From: Candidatus Eiseniibacteriota bacterium
GTDB lineage: Bacteria > Eisenbacteria > RBG-16-71-46
Assembly: GCA_044223005.1 (NCBI GenBank)
Contig: JBGAML010000017.1
Coordinates: 1-64,000, forward strand
DNA: 64,000 bases
Reading direction: 5' to 3'
The notes under the pieces are model-generated. The model was given only the letters and a program-made list of their open reading frames with translations. It searched no databases and was not told where the DNA came from. This document shows, piece after piece, positions 37,956 through 47,263 of the stretch (the stretch's first letter is position 1; each line of letters begins with the position of its first letter). Both the position numbers and the translations under genes were made by a program.

Positions 37956-38779
37956 CCAGACCGGGCACACTGGTAACACTGCAGACCGGGGACATGGGTT
38001 ACAGCGCGGGAGCATCCTTCGCGGTCGAAGGAGGACCGTGCGATGCCCTGGGCTAGGACCGCCTCGATGTCCGAACGACTGAAGTTCGTCGCCACTTACC
38101 TGGAGTACGAGGTCTGCTTCTCGGGCCTCTGTCGTGACTTCGGGATCAGCCGCAAGACGGGCTACAAGTGGATCCGTCGTTACGAGGCCGGCGGCGCATC
38201 GGCGCTCGACGAGCGCTCGCGAGCTCCGCGTGATCATCCCAACGCGGTTGGCGATGACATCGTCGAAGCCGTCGTGGCGCTTCGTCGCAAGCACCCGCGA
38301 TGGGGTCCGCGCAAGTTGAAGGTGGTGCTGGCCCGGAAGTGGGCGGAGGCCGAAGTGCCTGCGGCGAGCACGATCGGTGACATCCTCAAGCGCAACGACC
38401 TTGTCCGCGTGCGACGACGTGTTCGTCGCAGCTCGCCCTTCGCCGATCAGTTGCGACAGTACTCCGGACCCAACGTGGCCTGATGCGCTGACTTCAAAGG
38501 GCATTTCCCGGTCGGCGGACAGCGCGCCATCCCCTGGCGATCAGCGATGGGTTCAGTCGCTATCTGCTGGGCTGTCGAGCCCTGCGTCGCCCGCAGTACC
38601 GCTGCGCGAAGGACGTTTTCGAGGCCGTCTTCCGCGAGTACGGCCTGCCCCAGGCGATCCGGACCGACAACGGTCCGCCGTTCTCCACGCTCGCACTGGC
38701 GGGCCTATCGCGACTATCGGTGTGGTGGATCCGGGTCCAGACCGGGCACACGGGTAGCCGTGCAGACCAGGAACATGGG
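37956..38779 (+). mobile_element. Decayed IS481-like element bracketed by 43-bp imperfect direct repeats
   Basis: 37956-37998 CCAGACCGGGCACACTGGTAACACTGCAGACCGGGGACATGGG vs 38737-38779 CCAGACCGGGCACACGGGTAGCCGTGCAGACCAGGAACATGGG (37/43 identical). Confidence 0.8.
38043..38735 (+). pseudogene. IS481-family transposase remnant (in-frame stop, frameshift, 3' truncation)
   Basis: MPW..ERLKFV..LCRDFGISRKTGYKWIRRY..HPRWGPRKL. TGA at 38481 replaces W of W-CADFKG; 1-nt loss near 38526; shifted frame gives DGFSRYLL..FREYGLPQAIRTDNGPPF..LSVWWIR, then homology ends. Confidence 0.92.
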
Positions 38780-38845
38780 GCGCGGAGAAGGACCCGAACG
38801 CCGAGCTCGTTCGATCCCCGCCCCGCTCACCGGGCGGCGGGGAAT

Positions 38846-38986
38846 CCCCGGGTCCGTACACCGCGAACGGAAGGCGTCGCGGAGGCCGCGAGAGGCAAGG
38901 ATGCCGAAGCGGCCGGAGCGCGAGTGAGCCGAAGGCATGGACGCCGCAGGCGAACGTCCTTCCGTTCGCGGTGTACGGACCCGGGG
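38846..38986. repeat. 141-bp palindromic element with perfect 29-bp inverted arms (MITE/REP-like)
   Basis: CCCCGGGTCCGTACACCGCGAACGGAAGG (38846-38874) and its exact reverse complement (38958-38986). Confidence 0.88.
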
Positions 38987-39080
38987 CGGGCGGAAGGGCC
39001 ACCCGCATCGAGCGAGCGAACCGGCCGCGAGTGGCGCGGCCCAACGCCCCCCCCCACGCGCGCGCCGAACGCCCCCCCCG

Positions 39081-39890
39081 CTACCTCACCCGCTCCGCCC
39101 CCGCGTACACGTTCATCCGCCCCTCGCGCAGGAAGCCCACGAGCGTCATGCGAGAAGCGAGCGCCAGGTCCACCGACAGCGTGCTCGGCGCGCCCACCGC
39201 GGCCAGCACGCGGATGCCTGCGCGCGCCGCCTTGAGCACGATCTCCGCCCCGGCGCGTCCGCTCACCCAGAGCACGCCCGCGCCAGCCGGGCGCTCGCCC
39301 GCCGCCAGCAGCACGCCGCACACCTTGTCGACGGCGTTGTGCCGGCCGATGTCCTCGCGCACGAATCGCGGCTCCATTGCCGCGTCGCACCATGCCGCCG
39401 CGTGCAGCCCGCCGGTCGCCGCGAAACCCGCCTGCTCGCCACGCAGGCGCTCGGCCAGCCCCAGCAGCGCCTCGCGCGGGACCGGCTCGCCCTCCGGCAG
39501 CGGCGAAAGCGACGCGCGCAGCGATTCCAGGTGCGCGCGGCCACAGAGCCCGCAGGCCGCGCTCGCCGCGAAGTGGCGCTCGAGCGCCGTCCAGTCGAGC
39601 GCCACGCCCGGAGCCAGCACGGCGTCCGCGACGTCCGGCTCGTCGGCGCACGCCGCGGCCGCGAGCGTCACACCCGCGAGGTCCTCCCGTCGACGCAGCA
39701 CGCCCTCTCCCGCGAGGAATCCCGCGACCAGCTCCTCGTCGTGTCCCGGCGTGCGCAGCGTCACCGCGAGCGAGCGGCCGCCGACGCGGATCTCCAGCGC
39801 GCGTTCGATCGCGATCGCGTCCTCGACGCTTTCGGACGAACGGCCGGTCACGCGCGTGACCGGCCGTCGCTCGGCGTTCGGGATCGCCAT
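39081..39890 (-). CDS. fdhD: Formate dehydrogenase accessory sulfurtransferase
   Basis: VTLRTPGHDEELVAGFL, SAACGLCGR, TGGLHAAA, REDIGRHNAVDKV, VSGRAGAE, VGFLR. Confidence 0.93.
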   Translation of the reverse strand: MAIPNAERRPVTRVTGRSSESVEDAIAIERALEIRVGGRSLAVTLRTPGHDEELVAGFLAGEGVLRRREDLAGVTLAAAACADEPDVADAVLAPGVALDWTALERHFAASAACGLCGRAHLESLRASLSPLPEGEPVPREALLGLAERLRGEQAGFAATGGLHAAAWCDAAMEPRFVREDIGRHNAVDKVCGVLLAAGERPAGAGVLWVSGRAGAEIVLKAARAGIRVLAAVGAPSTLSVDLALASRMTLVGFLREGRMNVYAGAERVR

Positions 39891-39895
39891 GCGTG

Positions 39896-40693
39896 TCAGA
39901 CCTTCGGGTGCTCCGTGTGGGTCGCGAGCGTGCCGTCGGGCAGGGGAACGAGCGTGTAGTCGGCGAACACGTTCGGCGCCTCCTGCTGCATGATCCGCAG
40001 CATCGCCACCGCCACCTTGCGGATCTCGACTTCGGCGTGCTCGCTGCCGCGCAGCTCGATGAAGTGCCGCAGCGCGCGCGCGTTGCCCGTCACGAAGATC
40101 TTGGTCTCGGTCGCGTTCGGCAGCACGGAGCGCGCCGCCTGCCGCGCCATCTTGCGGCGCAGCGTCTTGTCCGCGACGTCCGTGAACTTGGCCTCGAGGC
40201 CCGACACCAGGCGATCGTAGCCCGTGCGCGCCGCGTTGACGGCCTCGGTCCACGCCGCATGCAGTTCGGGATCGCCGGCGATCACGTCGGGCTCCACGAA
40301 CTCGCATTCGCTCTCGTCGACGTAGCGCTGCGAGAGCTGCGAATACGAGAAGTGCCGGTGACGGATCAGCTCGTGCGTGAACGAGCGCGACACGCCCGTC
40401 ACGAGGAAGCTCCACACGCCGTGCTCCAGCACCGAGCCATGTCCCACCTCGATGATGTGCGAGAGGAAATCGGCGTTGGTCTTGCGGCCCTTGCCGTACG
40501 ACATGTAGCAGACGCGGCCGGCCAGTTCGGCGAGCGCTTCGGCACCCACCTCGGTGTCGGTCTGCCACGTGCGCTTCTCGTCGGCGAGGAAGCGCTCGAT
40601 TTCGTCGGGACTCACGGTCTGGCGGCCCACGAGATAGACCTTCGGCTCGCGGACGATCTTCAGCTCACGGGTGTCGAGTGCCGCCGCTTCCAT
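39896..40693 (-). CDS. thyX: FAD-dependent thymidylate synthase
   Basis: AGRVCYMS, GHGSVLEH, SRSFTHELIRHRHFSYSQLSQRY, ARSVLPNA, AEVEIR. Confidence 0.95.
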   Translation of the reverse strand: MEAAALDTRELKIVREPKVYLVGRQTVSPDEIERFLADEKRTWQTDTEVGAEALAELAGRVCYMSYGKGRKTNADFLSHIIEVGHGSVLEHGVWSFLVTGVSRSFTHELIRHRHFSYSQLSQRYVDESECEFVEPDVIAGDPELHAAWTEAVNAARTGYDRLVSGLEAKFTDVADKTLRRKMARQAARSVLPNATETKIFVTGNARALRHFIELRGSEHAEVEIRKVAVAMLRIMQQEAPNVFADYTLVPLPDGTLATHTEHPKV

Positions 40694-40858
40694 GCGCTCT
40701 CCTTGCGTCGGGCGCGCTCACGGGCGCGCCGCGGCGCGGCGTGCGCGCGTGCCCGGGTCGACGGGCCGCGCGACGTGGGTCGCGCCGGCGACGCGTGAAG
40801 CCGCCGGCGTGGAACGTGGGTGTCGCCGCGCAATGTACCCCAGCGCGGGGGGCTCGAT

Positions 40859-42025
40859 CTACGCCTTCGCGGCCGCCACCACCGCGGCCTGCACGCGGCG
40901 CATGACCTCGTCCAGTTCGTCGTCGCGCGTGTAGAAGTGCGGCGCCAGCCGGATCCCGACGCCCGGCCGGAAGTCCAGCAGCACGTCCTGCGCGAGCAGG
41001 TCGCGGCAGACGGCTTCGGCGTTCGGCAGGTCCAGGCACACCGTGCCGCCGCGGCGGGCGTCTTCGCGTGGCGAGCCGACGCGGAAGCCCATCTCGTCCG
41101 CCAGCGCCAGCAGCCGCCCCGTCTGGCGCAGCGACTTGGCGCGCACGGCCGCCGCGCCGATCTCGGCCAGCAGCGTGAAGCCCGGCCGCGCGGCGCAGTA
41201 TGCCGGGATGCAGGGCGTGCCGTTCGCGAACCGGCGATCGCCTGCGTGCAGGCGCGTGGGGCCCGAGTCGAACGCGAACGGCGCCTCGTGCCCGAACCAG
41301 CCCGTGAGTGCGGGCCGCAGGGCCGGGGCGAGCGAAGGTTTCACGTACAGCCATCCCGTGCCCGGTCCGCCGCAGAGCCACTTGATCGAGCCGCCCGTCA
41401 TGAGGTCCACGTCCGCCGCCGTGACGTCGACGTCGAGCGTGCCCACCGACTGGTACGCGTCCACCAGCGTGAGCGCCCCCACCGCGCGCGCGCGGCGCAC
41501 GACCGGCGCCAGGTCCAGCGCCTGCGCCGTGCGGAAGAGCACGTGCGAGAACGCCACCACCGCCGTGCGCTCGTCGATCGCCGCGACCAGGTCGGCCTCG
41601 TCGATCCGGCGGCCGTCGCGCGGCCGCACGCGGACGATCTCGGCGCCGCGGCGCGCCAGGCCCTCGTACAGGTAGAGCACCGAGGGGAAGTCCTCGTCCG
41701 TGCACACGAGCTTCGGCCGCGCGGGCGTGAAGTCGATGCACGAGAGCGCCACCGCCTGCGCCACCGTCACGTTGGGATGCAGCGACACCGAGCCTTCGGC
41801 CGCACGCACCAGCCGCTCGATCGCGCCCGCGACCTCGCGCGGCACGCCCATCCAGCGCTCTTCCCACGCGCGGATCCCGCGCTCGCGCCACGTACGCGCG
41901 TAGTCGACGAGCGAGTCCTCGACGTCGGCGGGCATCGCGCCCAGCGTGTGCGACGCGAAGTGCAGCGTGCGTTCCACCGTCGGGAAGCGCGAGCGGTACG
42001 CGAGCAGCGGATCGTGCGCGCTCAT
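40859..42025 (-). CDS. Kynureninase-like class V PLP enzyme
   Basis: HFASHTLGAMP, DFPSVLY, LVDAYQSVG, GGSIKWLCGGPG, PALTGWFGH, RLAPHFY. Confidence 0.82.
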   Translation of the reverse strand: MSAHDPLLAYRSRFPTVERTLHFASHTLGAMPADVEDSLVDYARTWRERGIRAWEERWMGVPREVAGAIERLVRAAEGSVSLHPNVTVAQAVALSCIDFTPARPKLVCTDEDFPSVLYLYEGLARRGAEIVRVRPRDGRRIDEADLVAAIDERTAVVAFSHVLFRTAQALDLAPVVRRARAVGALTLVDAYQSVGTLDVDVTAADVDLMTGGSIKWLCGGPGTGWLYVKPSLAPALRPALTGWFGHEAPFAFDSGPTRLHAGDRRFANGTPCIPAYCAARPGFTLLAEIGAAAVRAKSLRQTGRLLALADEMGFRVGSPREDARRGGTVCLDLPNAEAVCRDLLAQDVLLDFRPGVGIRLAPHFYTRDDELDEVMRRVQAAVVAAAKA

Positions 42026-42639
42026 CGCTCCACCTCCCGCGTCGCCGCGAGGCCGGCGGCGACGCGCGCTGCCGCCGACTCCGGCGTGTCCTCGACCGTG
42101 ACCCAGTGCATCAGCCGCTCCGGCACCATGCCCGGGCCCGCCGTCGCGGTCAGCCACGGACGCCAGTGTGCGCCCATCAGCACGAGCGGCGCGGTCGGGC
42201 GCGCGGAGACGCTGAGCATCGTCCACACGAGGAACAGCTCCGTGAGCGTGCCGATGCTGCCCGTCACCGCGACGAACGCGTCGGCCTCGTGCACCAGGTA
42301 GCGCAGGCGTTCGTAGAGATCCGGAGTGTGCACGCGGTCGCGCACCCAGGCGTTGGCGCCGCCGCGAGCTTCGAACATCTCGACCGTGACGCCGATCACG
42401 AGCCCGCCCGCTTCGTGCGCGCCGCGGCTCGCCGCGGCCATCGCGCCGCCGTAGCCACCCGTCATCACCGCGAACCCGCGCGCCGCGAGCGCCGCGCCCA
42501 GCTGGTGGATCTCGGCGAACTCGGGGTCGCTCTCCACCAGCGTGCTGCTGCCGAAAACCGCGACGACGGGGGGACGTTCGGGGCGCTGCACGGAGAAGCC
42601 TCCTCGATCGGGACCGATGCGGAACGAGCGGAACCGCAT
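42022..42639 (-). CDS. LOG-family (nucleotide phosphoribohydrolase-like) protein
   Basis: VAVFGSS, TGGYGGAMAAASRGA, TGSIGTLTEL (variant of PGGxGTxxE); start may be the GTG near 42591. Confidence 0.85.
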   Translation of the reverse strand: MRFRSFRIGPDRGGFSVQRPERPPVVAVFGSSTLVESDPEFAEIHQLGAALAARGFAVMTGGYGGAMAAASRGAHEAGGLVIGVTVEMFEARGGANAWVRDRVHTPDLYERLRYLVHEADAFVAVTGSIGTLTELFLVWTMLSVSARPTAPLVLMGAHWRPWLTATAGPGMVPERLMHWVTVEDTPESAAARVAAGLAATREVER

Positions 42640-42775
42640 TCTGCCAGAAATGCGGCGCCGTCACGGGGCGGGCGGCCCCATTTCCCGGGAAGGAACCGGA
42701 CTGGTCACCGCCGTCCGTCCGCGCTAGGCTCCCGGTACCACTTGCAGCCGTCTCCCCCCGAACCCAGGTGGTCTC

Positions 42776-44281
42776 ATGCCGCGTCGCCGCACGCAGTCCA
42801 GTTTCCGTCCCCTGTCGCTCGACGGCGAGCGGGACGAACCGCTCCACCGCCAACTCTACGATGAGTTGCGGCGAGCGATCCTCGACGGTCGCATCCCCGC
42901 TGGTTCGCGCCTGCCCGCGAGCCGCGAGCTCTCGAGCGTCTCGCGCGTCTCACGCAACACCGTGCTGAGCGCCTACGAACAGCTGCTCGCGGAAGGCTAC
43001 ATCGAGAGCCGCGCCGGCTCGGGCACGTTCGTCGCCGACGCGATTCCCGAGAAGCAGTTGCCGTCCGCGCCGGCGCCCGCCGAGGCGCCCGAAGTTCCGG
43101 CAGCGCGGCGCCTCGCCCGGCGTGGCGAGATCGTGCGCGACACACCGTTCGCACGACATGCGACGTTGCCGCCTCTGCGCGCGTTCCGTCCCGGCCTGCC
43201 CGCACTGGACCACTTCCCGCTCGATCTCTGGCGCCGCTTGACCGAGCGCCGCATGCGGCATGCGGATCCCCAGTTGCTCGCGTACGGCGACGCACAGGGG
43301 TACCTGCCGCTGCGCGAAGCGATCGCGCATCACCTGTCGGCGTCGCGTGGCGTGCGCTGCGACGCTTCGAACATCGTCGTCATGAACGGCGCACAGCAGG
43401 CCATCAACAGCTGCCTGCGGCTGCTCACCGATCCCGGCGACAGCGTGTGGATGGAGGATCCCGGCTACTTCGCGGCCCGTGCCGTGATCGAAGCGACGAG
43501 CGCGCGCGCCGTCCCCGTCCCCGTCGACGCCGAGGGCCTCGACGTCGCCGAAGGCATCCGACTCGCGCCGCACGCGCGGCTCGCCTACTGCACGCCATCG
43601 CACCAGAACCCGACCGGCGTCACGCTGAGCCTCGCGCGCCGCATGGCGCTGCTGCAGTGGGCACGCACGACCGAGGCCTGGATCGTCGAGGACGACAACG
43701 CCAGCGAGTACCGCTACCTCGGCCGGCCGTTCGGCGCGCTGCAGGGCATCGATCCCAGCCAGCGGGTCATCTACATCGGCACGTTCAGCAAGGTGATGTT
43801 CTCCACCCTGCGCATCGGCTACGCCGTCCTGCCGCACGATCTCGTCGGACCGTTCGTGCGCACGCAGGAACTCGGCATGCGCGGGATCAACACCACCACG
43901 CAGGCCGTGCTCGCGGACTTCATGCACGAGGGACATTTCGCCCGGCACGTCCGCCGCATGCGCACGCTCTACCAGTCGCGCCTCGTGGCGCTCGAGCGCG
44001 CGGTCGAGAAGCATGCCGCCGACCTGCTGGAGCTGCTGCCGATCGAGGGCGGCCTCAACCGGCTCGCGCTGCTGCCCGCCGGCATGGACGACACGGCCGC
44101 GTCCGAGGCGCTCTTCCAGCGCGGGATCCTCGCCGCGCCGCTCTCGGCGTCCTGCCTCAAGCCACGCGAGCGCGGCGGACTGGTGCTCGGCTTCGCGGCC
44201 GTGGACGAATCCGAAATGCCGGCCGCGGTCGAGCGGCTCGCCGCGACGCTGCGCACGCTGCCGCGGCGGCCGCCCGCGTGA
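42776..44281 (+). CDS. MocR/GabR-family (GntR + PLP aminotransferase-like) transcriptional regulator
   Basis: LPASREL..VSRNTVLSAYEQLLAEGY..GSGTFV; GAQQA, EDPGY, TPSHQNPTG, GTFSKVMF. Confidence 0.93.
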   Translation: MPRRRTQSSFRPLSLDGERDEPLHRQLYDELRRAILDGRIPAGSRLPASRELSSVSRVSRNTVLSAYEQLLAEGYIESRAGSGTFVADAIPEKQLPSAPAPAEAPEVPAARRLARRGEIVRDTPFARHATLPPLRAFRPGLPALDHFPLDLWRRLTERRMRHADPQLLAYGDAQGYLPLREAIAHHLSASRGVRCDASNIVVMNGAQQAINSCLRLLTDPGDSVWMEDPGYFAARAVIEATSARAVPVPVDAEGLDVAEGIRLAPHARLAYCTPSHQNPTGVTLSLARRMALLQWARTTEAWIVEDDNASEYRYLGRPFGALQGIDPSQRVIYIGTFSKVMFSTLRIGYAVLPHDLVGPFVRTQELGMRGINTTTQAVLADFMHEGHFARHVRRMRTLYQSRLVALERAVEKHAADLLELLPIEGGLNRLALLPAGMDDTAASEALFQRGILAAPLSASCLKPRERGGLVLGFAAVDESEMPAAVERLAATLRTLPRRPPA

Positions 44282-44655
44282 GCGACGACGTCCGCGTCGC
44301 CGGACCGGGGGACACCTCCGCCGACGGCGCGGTCGTCCGCTTCGGCATCGAACTGGACGGCGTGCGCCGCGACGCGTTCGCCGTGCGCTGGCGCGGGCAG
44401 TGGCATGCGTGGCTCGACGTTTGCCGCCATCAGTCGCTGCGCCTCACCGCCAGCGACGGGCACGTGCTCGACGCCGCCGACGGCACGCTGGTGTGCGCAC
44501 ACCACGGCGCGCGCTACCGCCCCGACACGGGCGAGTGCGTCGCGGGGCCCTGCCGTGGCGCGTTCCTCGGCGCGCTCGCGCTCGAGGAGCGCGACGGCGC
44601 GCTCTGGTGCACCGGACGCGCGAAGCGCCCGGGCGAGGACCGCCCGGGCGCCTGA
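44278..44655 (+). CDS. Rieske [2Fe-2S] ferredoxin-like protein
   Basis: DVCRHQ...LVCAHHGARY..TGECVAGPC; GTGA overlap with the regulator stop. Confidence 0.85.
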   Translation: MSDDVRVAGPGDTSADGAVVRFGIELDGVRRDAFAVRWRGQWHAWLDVCRHQSLRLTASDGHVLDAADGTLVCAHHGARYRPDTGECVAGPCRGAFLGALALEERDGALWCTGRAKRPGEDRPGA

Positions 44656-44673
44656 GTTCGCGGCCGCCGCGCG

Positions 44674-45342
44674 TCAGCGCTTCGGCGTGTTCCGGTTGAC
44701 CACGATCCCCGCGTCGGTGACGTCGAGGAACCCCACCAGCCGCGCGTGACGCCGCACGGCATCGCCCAGGTCGCGGGCTTCGCCGTCCTTCACGATCGCC
44801 CGCGCGAGCGCCGCCGAGAGCACCAGCGGGTGGCCGCGGTGACCGCGATGGCGGGGAATCAGCGCGTAGCGGAAGTCCTTCGCCTTGCTCTTGCCGAACG
44901 CGCCCAGCGCCTGCGCCATCACCGCGGAGAGCTGCGCGACCGTGGCCGGCTTCACTTCGGGGTGGTCGACGGGGAGCACGAGGACCGACGTCGGGCGCGA
45001 GCGAAGCGCCTCCGCGAGACCGACGCGGGCCGAGCCATACATGCCGCGTGCCCAGGCGCGATTCGTCTCGAAGCGCAGTTCCAGCGCGCGGGCACCGTGC
45101 CGCCGCGCCGCGTGCAGGTCCGGCGAGAGCGCGCCCGCTTCGACGAGGCGCGAGAACTCCGCCTCGGCACTGCCCCGCACCTCGGCCGCGTGCGAACCGA
45201 GCACCGCGACGACGATGTCGCAGCCCGCCCAGAGCGCGCGCACGCCGTGCGCGAGGAACGACTGGTTCTTCCATTTCACGAGCGCCTTGGGTTGCCCCAT
45301 GCGCGTGGACGCCCCCGCCGCCAGCAGTACTCCGACGTTCAT
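44674..45342 (-). CDS. mocA: Molybdenum cofactor cytidylyltransferase-like nucleotidyltransferase
   Basis: LLAAGASTRMGQPKAL, LPVDHP, RGHPLV, NRNTP; located in a Mo-hydroxylase operon. Confidence 0.8.
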   Translation of the reverse strand: MNVGVLLAAGASTRMGQPKALVKWKNQSFLAHGVRALWAGCDIVVAVLGSHAAEVRGSAEAEFSRLVEAGALSPDLHAARRHGARALELRFETNRAWARGMYGSARVGLAEALRSRPTSVLVLPVDHPEVKPATVAQLSAVMAQALGAFGKSKAKDFRYALIPRHRGHRGHPLVLSAALARAIVKDGEARDLGDAVRRHARLVGFLDVTDAGIVVNRNTPKR

Positions 45343-46274
45343 GCCTCGCTCCCTCCGTCGCCGGGCCTTGCGGCGGGGACCGCCGCGGCCGAGCCCGGCC
45401 GTTCCTTGGCTCGCGGCACCCAGCCGCGCTCCGGCACGCCTCCGCGACGCACCGCCACCAGTTCCGCCATCACGCTGACCGCGATCTCCTCCGGCGTCTG
45501 CGCGCCGATCGAGACCCCGAGCGGCGTGCGCAACCGCGCGATCTGCTCGTCCGTGAAACCGCGGGCCTGGAGCCGCAGCGCGAACTTCCGCTGCTTCGCC
45601 AGGCTGCCGATCATGCCCGTGAAGTGCAACGGGCGCCGCAACAGCTCCTGCACGACGTGCTGGTCCAGCGCGTGGTCGTGCGTGACCACGATCGCCCAGT
45701 CGCGCTCGGTCAGCGCCAGCTCGCGGGCCGCGGATTCGGGCTCGCGACAGAGCACCGTCATGCCGGGAAAACGCTCCGGCGTCGCCCACTCCTCGCGGCC
45801 GTCGATCACCGTGACCGCGAAGCCGCAGGCCGAGGCCAGCGCCGCGATCGGACGCGCCACGTAACCGGCGCCGAACACGAACAGGCGCGGCGGCGACTCG
45901 AGCACCTCGAGATGGACGACCATCTCGCCGCCGCAGCACATGCCGAGGTCCTGGGTGAGGTGCTTCTTGATCGTGCGCACCGCTTCGCCCGAGGCGAGCA
46001 GCGCGGCCGCCTCGCTCAGGGCCTCGTACTCGATCGCACCGCCGCCGATCGAGCCGACGGTGTGCCCGTCGCTGTCGCGCAGCATGTGCGTCCCCGGCTT
46101 GCGCGGCGTGAACCCGCGCGACTCGACGACCGTGAGCAGCACCATGCGCCGCCCCTCGGCACGCCACCGCGCGAGCGCCGCCCAGACGTCCGGTTCGCGC
46201 GCTTCGCCGAAGGCGGCGAGCGACGCGTGCGCCGGACGCTCGCCCGGAGGCGGTCCGCCGTGGGCTTCGTTCAT
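45339..46274 (-). CDS. xdhC: XdhC/CoxI-family molybdoenzyme maturation factor
   Basis: GFTPRKPG, GSIGGGAIE, LGMCCGG, FGAGYVA, VTHDHALD, GMIGS, TPEEIAVS. Confidence 0.9.
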   Translation of the reverse strand: MNEAHGGPPPGERPAHASLAAFGEAREPDVWAALARWRAEGRRMVLLTVVESRGFTPRKPGTHMLRDSDGHTVGSIGGGAIEYEALSEAAALLASGEAVRTIKKHLTQDLGMCCGGEMVVHLEVLESPPRLFVFGAGYVARPIAALASACGFAVTVIDGREEWATPERFPGMTVLCREPESAARELALTERDWAIVVTHDHALDQHVVQELLRRPLHFTGMIGSLAKQRKFALRLQARGFTDEQIARLRTPLGVSIGAQTPEEIAVSVMAELVAVRRGGVPERGWVPRAKERPGSAAAVPAARPGDGGSEA

Positions 46275-47263
46275 GACGTCTCCTCTCCCCACATCTCCCG
46301 CAACGCCCGCGCCACGAACACCGGCACCATCTCGTGCCGCCACTCGGGATCGTACGGAACGTTGGTGAGCGGCCGGCACTGCTGCTTCGCCGCGGCGGCC
46401 ACCGCGGCCACACGGGCCGCGTCCGCCGGCTGCCCCACGATCATCTCATCCAGGCCACCCACCACGCGAGGCCGCGCCCCGAGCGCCCCGACCACGACCC
46501 GCAGCGACTCGATCCGCTCGCGCGCACCGCGGGACGCGACCGCGACCGACAGCATGGGGAAATCGATGGCGCCGCGCGGCCGCAGCTTGCGATAGGCCTG
46601 ACGCATGCCGCGCGCCGCCGCCGGGATCCGGATGCGCGTGACCAGTTCCTCCGGCCGGAGCACGTTGTTGTGCACGCCGTCGCCGACGAAGAACGCGTCC
46701 ACGTCGAGCCAGCGCCGGCCCGCGGCGGAGGCGATCTCGACCTCCGCGCCCAGCGCGATCAGCACCGGAGCCACGTCGGACGAGTGCGCGGCGACGCAGC
46801 GCTTGCCCTGCGGCACCACGTGACAGCGCGTGCCGTCCTTCTTGAGGCAGAAGCCGAGCGCCTCGCGCCAGAAGTACGTCTGGTTGTAGTACGTGCAGCG
46901 CGTGTCGAGGCAGAGGTTGCCGCCCAGCGTGCCCATCGCGCGGATCTGCGGCGAGGCCACGAGCGCCGCCGCGGTCGCGATCGCCGGGTGTGCCGCGCGT
47001 ACGCGCGCATCGGCGGCGAGCTCGCGCAGCGTGGTGCCCGCGCCCAGCTCGAGCGCACCGTCCACCTCGCGCACGCCGCGCAGTTCGGCGAGGCGCGCGA
47101 GGTGCACGATGCGCTTCGGCTCGTGCAGCCGGTGCTTGAGGTTCGGGACCGCGTCGGTGCCGCCCGCGACCACGAGGCACTCGCCCGGATGCTCGGCGAG
47201 CAGGCGCAGCGCCGCGTCCAGCGTCGCCGGCGCCTCCCACGCGAAGCGCGGCAGCGTCAGCAT
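46271..47263 (-). CDS. hcrB: Xanthine-oxidase-family FAD subunit with [4Fe-4S] insertion (4-hydroxybenzoyl-CoA reductase beta-like)
   Basis: AGGTDAVPNLK; SPQIRAMGTLGGNLCLDTRCTYYNQTYFWREALGFCLKKDGTRCHVVPQGKRC; AIDFP. Confidence 0.8.
   Translation of the reverse strand: MLTLPRFAWEAPATLDAALRLLAEHPGECLVVAGGTDAVPNLKHRLHEPKRIVHLARLAELRGVREVDGALELGAGTTLRELAADARVRAAHPAIATAAALVASPQIRAMGTLGGNLCLDTRCTYYNQTYFWREALGFCLKKDGTRCHVVPQGKRCVAAHSSDVAPVLIALGAEVEIASAAGRRWLDVDAFFVGDGVHNNVLRPEELVTRIRIPAAARGMRQAYRKLRPRGAIDFPMLSVAVASRGARERIESLRVVVGALGARPRVVGGLDEMIVGQPADAARVAAVAAAAKQQCRPLTNVPYDPEWRHEMVPVFVARALREMWGEETS

Noticed and set aside
38481..38483. In-frame TGA as selenocysteine or programmed readthrough
   Set aside because: It replaces a conserved Trp (TGG>TGA) in a transposase that also has a frameshift and truncation, so it is pseudogene decay.
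35329..39062. GGGCGTTGGG (~35337) / CCCAACGCCC (~39040) as terminal inverted repeats of the island
   Set aside because: Only ~10 bp of low-complexity GC sequence and no target-site duplication seen.
42725..42750. Possible sigma54 promoter upstream of the MocR regulator (GGTACCACTTGC)
   Set aside because: GG-to-GC spacing is 8 nt rather than the required 10.
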